Shown in pieces: positions 49,330-61,897 of a stretch of 64,000 nucleotides of DNA (positions are counted from its first letter, which is position 1; each line of letters starts with the position of its first letter). The notes below the pieces were generated by a model. That model was not told the origin of the DNA. It was given only the letters and a program-made list of their open reading frames with translations, and ran no database searches. This DNA is from Selaginella moellendorffii (lineage: Eukaryota > Plantae > Lycopodiophyta), in contig NW_003314321.1 in assembly GCF_000143415.4 (NCBI RefSeq), forward strand, positions 1,002,236 through 1,066,235, given 5' to 3'. Both the position numbers and the translations under genes were made by a program.

Positions 49330-50876
49330 GAATCAATCCCGAGATTTGCCCCTCTGTCCGACTAGTATATTTTTAAGCTTGAGTTTGAAGCAGGCTTCTC
49401 TGCCATGTTCAACTGCAAAACATGCACACCTGAACTGGATCCAAAAGCAGAGGAAGACGAGGCATTGCTGTGGTACGCAGCAAAAGCTGTTCCCGGGCAT
49501 TTCTTTTCCTCCGCCACCACATTTGTACTCCAAACTTGAATTAACGGACAAACTATGTCAGGCATTGGACGAAATGGTCGACTTGGACTTTCTCACTGTC
49601 TCCACCCTTCCAGAACAGTTCCCTCAGCCTATCTGCTCACAGTATCTCGTCACCAAGTAGTCATCCCCGTTCTGTGGCTCGCCACTGTAAAGAATAGGCA
49701 GCACACCGGCAACCTTCTTCTTAGTGAGCATGCCAAGAACAAAAAGCTCAGCGTCTAGTTGCGGGCAGACCTTCACTGCAACGCCTGTCAAGATCTGTCC
49801 CTGAACCAGATTTGCCTTGTAAACTCGAACCGACAAAGAGTCATGCTTGCGATCTTTGAGAGCAACGATTTTCAAATCCTGAAGATAACTCCAAAGATAT
49901 GCGCCCGTGCATTCATGGAGGAGGACTGAATCCATACACAGTCCCGTCAGCCAGCAGGATTCCCACAAGAAGTGTTAGGCCAAATGATCCTTCCTTGAGA
50001 GCCCAAGGATATCTTTGCGTAAATATATACTGGTTCTTCCCGTTGACCATATCCAGCTTCTGGACCTGGATTTCCTGTCTACAGAGCAGCACTGCATACG
50101 CAAACGTCCTGCTCGATTGGGTCATCTTTATAACATCTAGCTTTGCTGTTGTTTCTCCCAAGCATTCCGTGTATAGCTTGGTTAACTCGTACTTGAGCGC
50201 CATAACAAAAGCCACCGACGACCACGATAGAGCGGCTGTGTCCGAAGTGCGGAAAGAATAGCTCGGTTTATCAGAAGAACCTGGAATACCAGACCTGCTC
50301 GTGTCCTGTGGTATGCAACCCCTCCGAAAAGTGGCATTTTCTTCACGGCTTCCCTGCTCCAAGATTTGAATTGCCAGCTGAACTTCTATCTCGTCGCCTT
50401 GAATATATTCGTAACCTACATTCTCCCAATGATATCTCTCACTTGCTGAGCCCTTATCATCCATCTCTTTGTCGCGAGTCCGAGCCTCTTCTAAAGCGAG
50501 ATCAATCAAACTTTTCTGTCCAACTTTTTGGAGAAGATAAGTTGTTGCTGCCTCCACTTCCGGTGCATCCGTGAACTGACTTGTGATCTCCAAGGAGCCT
50601 CAAATGTTGTTGTAGGCATCGCTTTCTTTCTTTTTTTTTGCCGATCGCAGCATAAGACATCGTAGTCTTCTGACGCCTGGACAAAGCCTTTTCTATCGCC
50701 GCCTCAATTATGCGGTCGATGTCTATTAAGAAAAACGAAAATAACAAATCACGCAACGTACCACCACTTGCAAATCCTCCAGCGCGAGACCCGCGGATCA
50801 CGATCGGGGTTTGCTCCGAGCGTCCGTCACCAAGCCCAGTAGACACCGCAAGTTGCCTGATTACCTCCAACTCCAT
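49330..50876 (-). pseudogene. Restriction-endonuclease-like + protein-kinase-like (Crinkler/CR-type) pseudogene
   Basis: IIEAAIEKALSRR helix; DTS..DKPSYSF..LSWSSVAFVMALK..LGE..RTFAYAVLL; then RVYKA..VAVKVC..AELFVL..YLVTRY; in-frame TGA stops and frameshifts. 3' limit uncertain. Confidence 0.55.
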
Positions 50877-52509
50877 GGCGCCCGGCACCAGAGCAAAATG
50901 GCCTAGACAAAATGTGGTAGGGTCCAGATGCCACGACCCAGCAACGCTGGCAATCGGGAAATCGCCCTTCAGCAACGGAAACAACAGCGATTCATCTCCC
51001 GCACCCAAATCCCCTCCCAATACGAACTACGTTGCACTGTGAACCTAAGAGGGTTTCTGTTATAGTGTTATCATCTTTTGCATGGTCTCTGTTCGCCAAA
51101 GCTTGTGCCCCACTGTGACAACGCTTGGAACTGCTTCCATCTGGTTTTGAATGTGGTTTCTCATGATTCCAAGAGGATTTTGAGACCACTACAATTACCA
51201 ATCCAGGGAAGAATTAGATATGTGGTGGAGGTGTTTTTATCAGGATGTTTACAGGTCAAGTGGATGGAACCTGTACCCAATAATCCCAACACATGGAGAG
51301 GACATTTAGCAGTGGTTTGTTTTCCTACAGAAGTGTGGGAACTTCTTCACACAGTGGTTGGAAATATGTTTGGACAATGTTTCTGTCAAGAGAATATCAT
51401 CTTGGAGAAAATTCATCACTGTTATGTCCAGTGAAATGGGTTTTGGAAAAAAAGACAGTCTGAGCGTTTGGCTGTTGGCTTGCTCATAGCACTCAAATAT
51501 TAAACATCTATATCATAAACAAAATTTAGAGAATTATATGTTACCTTCGTTAAAATCCACAAAAACAAGATTCAGATCTTAGAAAATCATGTATGTTGAA
51601 ACGAAGAATTGAAGAAGCTTTCACTCTTCATCAAAGCACTCGAGTAACAGGTGCAGGTGCTAGAACACTACACTTACTCTAGTCTGATTACTTCGAGAGG
51701 GGTTGAACCCAGAAGAGTGTCACCAACCTCCTGCAACTACATTTCCTGAAGCAAGAGCTCTTCGTTCCTAGATTACTACCTCAACTCTTGCAGTGTATAA
51801 AATGTATTGGAAATTATACAGTTGCAGTTTTCAGAACACCGGGATCAGTACTATGTGTAGCTCCACGCAAGCAATTCAAAAAGGAAGCCTCCAAGCAGCC
51901 TAACTAATTCTTGTTGCTGACATAAGCATTGTAGCAACGTTTGATTGTGGATTGCATGCAATGTTTGCCAACCACTGTCCCTGGAACGTGGTGTCTGAAC
52001 AAAGCATTGAAAAAATCCTCAAAAACCCTTTTTCTATGGTTTGGTTTTGGCAAGTTGCTATGAATTATGTATGGACAGAAGTTCTTCAAATTGCTCTTCG
52101 TGCATGGAACGATATCTACACGGAACCAGTTAGCTGGAGTTTGTACTCTACTTCGTCCTGGCAGAATCGAACTATGACCAGTTCGGCTTCAACAAGCCCC
52201 AGTAGGGTAACAAAATAATGCGAACCTAACTTTTTTGATCCAGCAAACTCTGAAAGCTTCTTATATTTTCAGCCATGTGGCCTCAACCCATTCAGGATGC
52301 GTTCGGGAAACGGGCGATTCTGTCTCTTCACCATTGCATACTTAGTGCCAATTCATAGGCCTCAGTGAACGCAGTCATCTTGTTCTGTTCTGTATTTTAA
52401 CACATCAACAACACTTTAAAACTACGATGGACTCACATATACTTTACTGTGCTTCCTACTCGCTCTTTCAAAACCATTATTTGTAAACATGCTTAATCTT
52501 GTTATAGTC

Positions 52510-53289
52510 TTACTGCACAATTTCTCGCTCTTCGTCCAATTTCATGATTTTTGCAGGAGGCACTGGCATGCAGCTGCAAGCCTCACGGAGCTTTCCCTCA
52601 TTTGTCAATCCTAGCGCCTCTGCCGAAGGATTACCCTGCTGATCATCGCCTGGAAGAGCCTGAGGAACACCTCTTCTCGAACCAACAATTGATCTCCAGA
52701 GCTCCATGCCTGAGACTTCTTCCCTTTCAGAACCACCTTCTAGAACTGGCTTGACAGGCTTTGCAGCAGCCTTTCCCAGCGCCTTGCTAGCATTCCGAGC
52801 CAGCTGAGCAGTTTTAGGAGGAGCTGGGATGTTCGGCAGCACTGTGTTTCCAAAGAGCTTGATTGGCTTAACGGCCAGAGCTCGATCGTGCTGGAGCTGG
52901 CAGTCGATGGAGCAGTAAGTGGTGACACGAACTAATGGCTCATCATCGAAATTGAGGCCGCAGTAACATCCCTTGATCCCACGGGGAGACGGACAGCTCT
53001 TGAGGCGGATAAGATCTTCACCTTTTTTTTTGCTGCCGTCAACATGATCCACATTGTAAAACTGTGCGATATGCTCTCGAACAACCCTGGCTTCTTTATA
53101 GTGCCAGCGTAAGAGTAGAATACGTCCATTATCGCAATTATGATTAAACACTTCTGATTCACAGAGTACTGCACAACAACCAATGCAAAACGCTGACCGA
53201 CGATCTGTGATGGATTGGCCGTGGCAGTGTTTTAAACACTTTGAGAAGAAATCTCTCTGCAAAAACGTCTCTAGCCATTCTGGAACCAT
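52510..53289 (-). CDS. Divergent intronless PLATZ zinc-binding transcription-factor-like protein
   Basis: PEWLETFL..FFSKCLKH..FCIGC..LC..H; Y..RVVREHI; GCYCG..YCSIDCQL. Confidence 0.8.
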   Translation of the reverse strand: MVPEWLETFLQRDFFSKCLKHCHGQSITDRRSAFCIGCCAVLCESEVFNHNCDNGRILLLRWHYKEARVVREHIAQFYNVDHVDGSKKKGEDLIRLKSCPSPRGIKGCYCGLNFDDEPLVRVTTYCSIDCQLQHDRALAVKPIKLFGNTVLPNIPAPPKTAQLARNASKALGKAAAKPVKPVLEGGSEREEVSGMELWRSIVGSRRGVPQALPGDDQQGNPSAEALGLTNEGKLREACSCMPVPPAKIMKLDEEREIVQ

Positions 53290-53440
53290 TGCCCTAAGAT
53301 TTTTTTATTCTATTTGTCCTTTATATATTCAAGTATACCCTTTAATCAGTTAATATACCTTTTAAATAAAAGGTAATGTATCTTATTAAAGGAATATTTG
53401 TTGTTTAGAGCTACATGAAGAACTTCATCGGTATTGATTC

Positions 53441-54712
53441 TCATATTCGTCTCTTCAAAAAAAGAATGCTTTCATGTTCCAAGCCACACACAATGTCCTG
53501 CATCAATAAATCATATAAACTAGTAAGCTTGTCTCGAGAAATTCACGCCTTACCTTTCCATTCTCGCAATCAACATCGAAAGAATTGATGGCGCAAGGCT
53601 CCGCGAGAAGCTCGGTAACATTGCCTGCACCAAGGATTTTTAAGCAAAGGCTTGCACGACAGAAAAAACGCTTACCTCCTTCAATGGTGGCTAGAACACC
53701 ATCTTCCGAGCAAAACATAACTGGAGGGACCTTGCCAGAGTCCGACGAAGACGAAATCGTAGACGCATGGTCGTACTTGACTTCCCAGACCTCGCTCTCT
53801 ACAATCGCCGATTTACTCGCAGAAACACCCGCTAGCTTCACGGCATCTCTTTGCCATCGAAGGTCCCAAGCGAAGATGGATCCTCCAGAGCCTCCGACCT
53901 TGACAATAAGAACTATTAAGGATCCAGAAAAAAATGAAACAAAACAAGCTAACACACCACGCAGAGATGCTTCCGAGAGGGATGGACGTCCAGAGAGTGA
54001 ACGAATCCCGGTGAAGAACCGTCCCTGTGAAGCGAAAGTTTATAAGCGAAGGAAGGCAATGAGAGCTTTAGATCCCCCACCATTTCAAGCGGCATTGCGA
54101 GACAGGTCCACCCGGTTTACGAAGATCCCACCACTGCAATGGAGCTCCCACTCCGGCGGTCACGAACTCCATAGACGAAGCCCAATGCGCGGCAGAGAAG
54201 GAGATATGGCCATGACTGTCGTGAACACGCTTGGGAAGAAGCTCGGACTCGGAGATTTTCACTACGCTAATCTTTCCATCCTCCCCCACGGCCAAGCAGT
54301 CCCCGGAATCGTCCAGGACGTCCACAGCGCAGACGCTAGCCTCGTGCAAACCGGAAAGAACGAGAGGCTCCTTGTCTAGAAGCTCCGACGTAGTCACTTG
54401 CACGGCATCCACTGGTACCACTGTCACGGACCCCTCGATGCTGCCCGCCACCGCAAGGAAATTCTCCCCTTGCAATGCAGCGGTGGCGAGGGCCGAGACT
54501 CGTCCGGGCAGCTCCCACTCGCCTCGCAAATCCAGCCATGGCCTTCCCTCGGTGGAATCTTTGCTGCCCAGGGCATTAAGCTCTAGGCTAGGCTTGCCTG
54601 TCTCTGGATCAAACAGGGTTGACACCAGCATTCGGTCCCAGGCCGCCGCCGACGATGGCAGCCATCGCACCGAACCCACCGCGCGTCCCTGGGGAAGCCT
54701 CCATGACGCCAT
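53441..54712 (-). CDS. NUP43: Nucleoporin Nup43 (WD40, multi-exon)
   Basis: SVRWLP, LQWWDLRKPGGPVSQC, IHSLDVHPSRKHLC, IFAWDLRW, ESEVWEVKYD, FCSEDGVL, EPCAINSFD, DIVCGLEHESI; telo-box-like AAACCCTAG just upstream. Confidence 0.9.
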
Positions 54713-56422
54713 ACCCTAATTAAACCCTAGCTAGTGTATATTCCTCATTTCAACATTTAAGCTGTGGCGGGAATCTAATATCCTAAAAAAAAACTATTAT
54801 ATATAATTATTACTATATAGTTTACTTTAAGTTTATTTAGATTTATTAATTATTTTTAAATCTTATATAACATTTTACTTTTGGAAACAATACTTATCAT
54901 TTGTTAAATAATAACAAAAAATTACTTGTTCAAAAGTATTTAGCAGATAGTCTTTTTTAGGTGGGATGTAAATTCATTCTATGTCATTAGTGATAAGTTT
55001 TATTTATTAATAATATACATTTTCAATCCATTTGTAAAATGAAATAACTTTACATCATCACTGTTAAAGCTTAGTAAACCTAGTGATTAATAAATGGTTT
55101 TATATATTTAAAAGCCTTTTCCATATAAAACTTATTGTACATTGGTCTTTATAAAAATAATAATTAACATGTTTTCTTGTAAAATTCCTATATTCCATAA
55201 ACATCACTTTCAAATTGAAGTGCTAGAATGTGAATTGCATCCATCCATTGTGAATTATATGGTATAATGCACATTATATTAATATAGTTGCTGATTATAA
55301 ACATCACTACTAGAATAAATTGGTAAGCATTACATTTCCTTTCAACCCTTTTGTATTTTTCATGTTGATTGCATTTTTGAGGAGATTTTTTGGCAATGGT
55401 GATGAAACTCCACAATTTTATCTCAATTGAGAAAAACTTTATTTGATTCTTGAAAAATAACACATATCCCAATTGTTGCCTAGCCATATAGGCATATGAC
55501 AACAATACCAATTCCAAGTTTATTGGCATTTCAACTTTAGTGGATGAAGTTATGTTGTGCCATGATTTACATAAACTTAATTCATTGTACTTTTAAAAGA
55601 TTCATAAATTATTAATTCAAACCCCTTAATTTTAGTAAGTATTTAATGCACTATATCTAAAAGACAAAGATTTTAAGTGTTTAATGGATTATTTATACAA
55701 TAGGTTCATCAGATGTTTAACTCTTAACTTTGCTATATAAGATATTCCTAAAATGGTCATTAATAAATATCATGTGGCTAAGAAGTAGTATGTTCGTGTT
55801 GAATGTCAAATATATCAATGAACAAAACTTGTAAGTTTCAACTTTCATCTTCTAGTGGTGTATATGAAATTGCCATATTAGTAAACAGGTTAGGTAGGTT
55901 TAGAGTAACACTCTATCATTTAATCCTTAAAAGTAAGCTTCCTCTTCAAGCACAAGAAACCACAGTTCAGAGGAATTTAGGAACAGGGACTCAAAGGCCT
56001 GAGTGAGTAGAGAGAGTTAGATTAGATATTCTATGGTCTCAGCGCACTCAGTAACTCCTTTCCTAGATTTTTATTTTGAAATAGCAATTAAAATAATATG
56101 TTTGCATTAAAATTAATACAAGATATTCTTGGGAGTAATGTTTAGAATATAGATATTAATCACATATGAAAATATATGATTTTAAGATCTAGAATCATTA
56201 TTATAAAAACTAAAACCTTAGTGGTGAAGATACCTTTTAATAAATGTATTTGCTGCTATGCTCCTTTCAAAACACTATTCGTGGGAAAAAAGTTGATGTA
56301 GAAAAGAAAGAATATTCTATTGTCTGACAAAACGTGTTATATTCCTACGATTGGACAGAGTAACCACGAGGGTTTTCAGATACGTGGCATTGAAAGAACC
56401 ATTCGGTTTGATCACACAGATC

Positions 56423-57712
56423 ATGGCGGCGATCTCTTCCGAGGCGTTCCCGAGGCTCGGCGTTGCGAACGCATGCCCATCGCCGTCCCGCGAGCGCGCC
56501 AGCGCGCATTTCCTCCACAGCGGCCCCTCCATCAGGTCAATTGCCACTGCTACTAGGTTGTCTCTGGGTGCCAGGCACAGATTGCAGGCTTTGGCGTCGG
56601 ATGGGAACGACGAATGGGGCGAGGGTGCCGCTGAGAAGAAGGGTGCCGCGAGCAAGGCAGGGAATGGAGTAGGAACTGCGGTGGCCGACGAGAAAGAGAA
56701 GGATGGCGATACAGAGGGGCTTAAGAAGGCGCTGCTGGATTCTTTGTATGGAACAGAGCGAGGTCTTAAAGCTAGCAGCGAGACTAGAGCCGAGGTGAAT
56801 GAGCTCATCACTCAGCTAGAAGCTAAGAATCCAACTCCAGCTCCGACCGAAGCATTGGCCGTGCTCAATGGCAAATGGATCCTCGCGTAAGTCCTTTCAG
56901 TTCTTCCTCTTTTCTCTCTCTCTTTGCTCTTGCTTCTTGGTCGACTAAGATTTCATCTCATTCTAGATACACTTCTTTCTCGGAGCTCTTTCCTCTCTTA
57001 GCAGCGGGAACTTTGCCGCTGGTAAAAGTTGGAGAGATCTCCCAGACTGTTGATTCCAACGCACTGACAGTCCAAAATTCTGTGAGTTTTGTGGGTCCTT
57101 TGGCAACCACATCGTTTAGCGCATCAGCTTCGTTCGAAGTCAGGAGTCCAAAGCGCGTGCAAGTAAGATCATTGTTTCTTAGTGTTCGTGATTTGTCTGG
57201 TTTGGTTAGACCTTGACGAGCAACAGAGATACACTTCTGCTTGGGAAGCCACTCAGCAGAAGCCACAATAGATTGCTCAAGAGAGAGTGTAGCGTTTAGA
57301 AGCTATAACTAGCTTAGAAAACTTGGAGCCTGGTTTTCTTCTACGCTGCATACATGCTTCCTAGCTAACAAGTTCTTCCTCTTTAACGCAGATTAAATTC
57401 GAGGAAGGAGTGATTGGAACACCGCAGCTCACAGATTCCGTTGAACTCCCCGACACCGTGGACTTCATGGGACGTAAAATCGATCTCACACCAGCTCAAA
57501 ACGCTCTTCGTCCCCTGCAAGACGCTGCGAACTCGGTGGCGCGCACACTCTCAGGTCAGCCACCTCTTAAGTTTTCGATACCAGGCAACAAAGCCCAGTC
57601 GTGGCTGCTCACCACTTACTTGGACGAGGACCTGCGAATCTCCCGTGGCGATGGAGGGGGTGTCTTCTTGCTCGTCAAGGAAGGCAGCCCCTTGATACCA
57701 TCGTCGTGGTAA
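56423..57712 (+). CDS. Plastid lipid-associated protein/fibrillin (FBN1/2 group)
   Basis: Transit peptide; [58 protein letters not shown]; two introns. Confidence 0.94.
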
Positions 57713-57853
57713 TTTTTTCTACTCAAAAGCTTACAATCAATATAAGGTTTTGGTTTCAGAGAGAACAGAAGAGTTGCTTTTCCTTCCAAGAGGTACTAGA
57801 CAGTTTTTCCTCTCGGCACTGAAAGCTCCTCGCTGATCGTCTAGCTCGACTGA

Positions 57854-59563
57854 TCAGTCCTCTGCCGGGTACCGATCTTGATTATAGGAAGGAAGAGCTG
57901 GAGGATCCTCGTCTGGAACGAACCTCTTCCAATACCAGTGCCTCCTCCAAACGCTGGTCATCTCCTCGATGGGAACACTCTTGGTCTCGGGAAGAAAGAA
58001 GTAGACGAAGAGGGACATGACCAACACCCAAGCTGCGAAGAACAAGAAGATCCCGTACGTCATGTGGCATAGCATTGTGAGGAAAGCTTGCGCAATGACG
58101 AAGGTGAAGAGGAAGTTGACAGCCACATTGATTCCCTGGCCGACGGACCGCGTCTCCAGTGTGAAGATCTCGCTGGGAATGAGCCATCCCAGCGGCCCCC
58201 ATGACCATGCAAAGGATGAGACGTAGATGCAAATCACGATCACGACGATCACGGCAAAAGGTTTGGACAACGGTGTAATGATCGCAAAGATCAACCCAAT
58301 CGCCACCTATGATCGTGCAAAGAGTTTTAGTCGATCGATCAAGAGAGAAAAACAATCAATCCATCTCTCACCTGGGTGAAGAACATTTGGACTCCAGCTT
58401 CCAGGAAGAGCGCGCGGCGGCCCCACTTATCAACGAAGGTGATAGCGACGAGCGTGGCCATGACGTTCACAGCGCCAGTGATCACGGCTGAGTAGAGCGA
58501 CGCATCGGTGCCAAATCCAAGCTTCTGGAAGAGCACCGGGGCGTAGAACATGATCGCATTGATCCCCGTGAACTGCTGGAAGAATGGGATCATGGTCGCC
58601 ATGACGAGCTGGGGGCGATTCTTTCTCTGGAAGATGGCCTTGAAAGGGTTTGTCACTGCGAGCTCGCTTGCCTCTTTGATATCTTCGTACTCGGCATCCA
58701 CCTCCTCGGTCCCGCGGATCTTCGTGAGGAGGCGGCGAGCCTCCTCGTAACGCCCACGCTCGATCAAACTATTTGGAGTCTCGGGCAAGAAAAATCCGCC
58801 CATGGTCATGAGGATGGCTGGTACTCCGGCGAGACCAAGGGAGAGGCGCCAGCCCCAATCCTGGATTTGGAGGGAGCCATAGTTGATGAGACTCGCGCAG
58901 AGGATCCCCATAGTGATGGCGAGCTGAAACATGATGTTGAGCGCTCCCCGGATCTTTGCCGGCGCCATCTCTGATAGATAGAGCGGCACTGCCTGGACAG
59001 AGCATTCGAGGAATCAAATCTTTTTTTCTTGCGAACCGATCATCCACTCACCTGATTGCCAAAGCCAAGGCCGATGCCATGCATGATTCGTCCCAAGATG
59101 AGCATGGCTAGATTTTGAGCGGCACCACTGAGCACGGCACCGACGAGGGAACAGAGGCCTCCACAGAGGATCGATAGCCGCCGCCCATAAATCTTCGTGA
59201 CGTGAGAGGCCAGCAAGCTGGCCGTGATGCCCGCGAGATAGAGCGAGGACGTGAAGATGGTGAGTCGCTGATCGTCATTCTGGCAGTAGTAGAATGGAGA
59301 GTCGTCGTCACGGCTGTGGAAATTGAATTTCTTCAAGAATGCGGGCATGGATGTCATACCACCTGTGATCAAACGAAGGAAATTCGCGATAGATCGATGA
59401 CAAATCTGGTCTTGCCTGAGATTCCCACTTCGTAGCCAAAGATCAAGCCTCCACACGAGGCCACAATGCAAGCGAGGATCACGTAAGACGTTGTCCGTCC
59501 CTTGTAGAGCTGGGCTCTCAAGCCGCCGCCATTCGCCACTCCACGAATTTTCCTTCCGGCCAT
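57854..59563 (-). CDS. Sugar transport protein (STP, MFS hexose transporter), divergent tandem copy
   Basis: Four exons; GFGNQ|[55 protein letters not shown]. Confidence 0.93.
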
Positions 59564-59771
59564 AGATTCCAAAGAGGGATCTCCCAGCTCGATCGATCGG
59601 CGGCTTGATCATGGCACTAGTCTTCGCGTAGAATTGAATGCGTCTTTGTCTCGCCGTGACCACGGCGGCGAATTCTTGAGTGTTGGTCTTGGCCGTAAAG
59701 TTGAGAGTGATAGATTTTTACATTTTTTGGTCTTCATCCTACTTAGTTCTATAGTTCTTGCTCAATGAGCT

Positions 59772-61543
59772 TTAGTTTGTCATCTCTACGCCCATCTTGC
59801 TTTCATCATCCTGCTTGTATGGGATAACCGGAGGATCTTGGTCCGGGACAATCCTCCTCCAAAACCAGTGCTTTCTCCACACACCCATCATCTCCTCGAT
59901 TGGAACGTTCTTGGTCTCGGGTATGAACCAGAAGACGAAGACTGACATGATCGCCACCCAGGCCGCGAAGAACAGGAAGATCCCGAACTTCATATGGCAC
60001 ATCATGCTGAGGAACGCCTGCGCGATGACGAAGGTGAAGAAGAGATTAACTGCCACCGTGATCGCTTGCCCGGCCGATCGCGTCTCCAGTGGGAAAATCT
60101 CGCTGGGAACAAGCCAGCCCAAGGGTCCCCAAGACCAGGCAAAGGCAGAGACGTAGCAGCATATCACGATCACGACGATCACAGCGTAAACTTTGTCCAG
60201 CTCCTTGGTTCCTCCAAACTTGACGCCCAAGATCACCGCCACCACCACCTATGGATTTAGAATGGAAGAGTGAGAACTTCGATCTAGAGAAGAATGCTGC
60301 TTACCTGTGAGACGAACATTTGGACTCCAGCTTGCAAGAAGAAGAAGCGGCGGCCCAACCGATCGACAAGCGCGATCGAGACGAGGGTAGCCACGACATT
60401 GACAGCGCCGGTGATCACGGCCGAGTAGAGCGATGCGTCGCTGCCAAATCCGATCGTCTGGAAGAGGACCGGGGCATAGAACATGATAGCGTTGATCCCC
60501 GTGAACTGCTGGAAGAATGGGATTAACGTCGCCAAGATGAGCTGGGGACGACTCCTCCGCTCGAAAATATTCTTCAAGGGGCTAGCGATGGCAGCCGCGA
60601 GATCGCTCGCCTCTTTGATATCTTCATACTCGGCATCCACTTCCTCGGTGCCGCGGATCTTGACGAGGAGGCGGCGGCCTTCGTCGCAGCGTCCACGTTC
60701 GATCAAACTGTTTGGAGTCTCGGGCAAGAAAAGACCACCCACGCTCATGAGAATGGCTGGTACTCCGGCGAGACCAAGCGAGAGGCGCCATCCCCAGCCA
60801 GGAATCTTAGCGGTGCCATAGTTGATAAGATTCGCGCACAGGATTCCAATCGTGATGGCGAGCTGGAACATGATGTTTAGAGCGCCACGGATCTTCGCCG
60901 GTGCCATCTCTGAGAGATAGACTGGCACTGCCTGGAAAAGAAAGAAAGAAGGATATGATCAAAACGTTGTCTTTGGTGGTTGTATATGATCCATCGGTTA
61001 CCTGGTTGCCAAAACCCACGCCAACACCCAGCATGATCCGGCCTAGGATGAGCATGACCAGATTGGCGGCAGCGCCATTGAGCACTGCGCCAACCAAGAA
61101 GCTGAGACCTCCGCAAATGATGGATGGGCGGCGTCCATACTTCTTGGTGACATGCGAGGCGAGGAAGCTCGCAACCAGGCCCGCGAGATAGAGCGAGGAT
61201 GTGAAGGCCTGGAGCTTCTGGTTGTCATACTTGCAGTAATCGGAATCGCCATTGGCGGCAAGGTCCTTGTGCCTCTTGACACCCGGGAAGAACTTCTCCA
61301 GGAAATCGTCCATGGACGTCACACCACCTGGATGGATCATACGAGCAAAGTTTAGAGCCGGAGAGGACGAGAAAACCACCATGATGATCGCGCAAACTTA
61401 CCTGAGATGCCCACATCGTAGCCAAAGATCAAGCCTCCGCTGGCAGCCACAATGCACGCCAAGATCACATACTTGGTCGTGTGGCCGCGGTAGAGATCCG
61501 CCCTCGCGCTGCCACCGCTCGCGACTCCACCGCCTACCGCCAT
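59772..61543 (-). CDS. Sugar transport protein (STP)
   Basis: Four exons; [41 protein letters not shown]. Confidence 0.96.
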
Positions 61544-61897
61544 GGATCAATCGAAAAATGCTTGGACTTCCAAGAGAAGACGGAGAGACGAGAGCAAAGC
61601 TAGGTTATTGAATGATCGGCAGTGGAAAAGCTGGCCATTTATATCTGAATTCCATGGATTTGGATAGGATCACATCCACATTAAGGCTGAGATTTTTTTA
61701 GAAGCTGGACATATCCGTTGACACGACTCGCGTGATTCGTACGAACGAATCAGCATCTTTGCGTGGGTCAGCGAACCACGTTGACTTGGGCGAGAAATAT
61801 TTTCATATCAATGTCGTCGCCACTCCCGCCACCTTTTTCTGTTGATAGACCCTTGTACGAAACAGCATAAGATATTACACAAGATAGCAGTAACATT

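Noticed and set aside
55188-55529. MDAIHI resembling the Harbinger transposase DGTHI motif
   Set aside because: Too degenerate; AT-rich chance ORF equally likely
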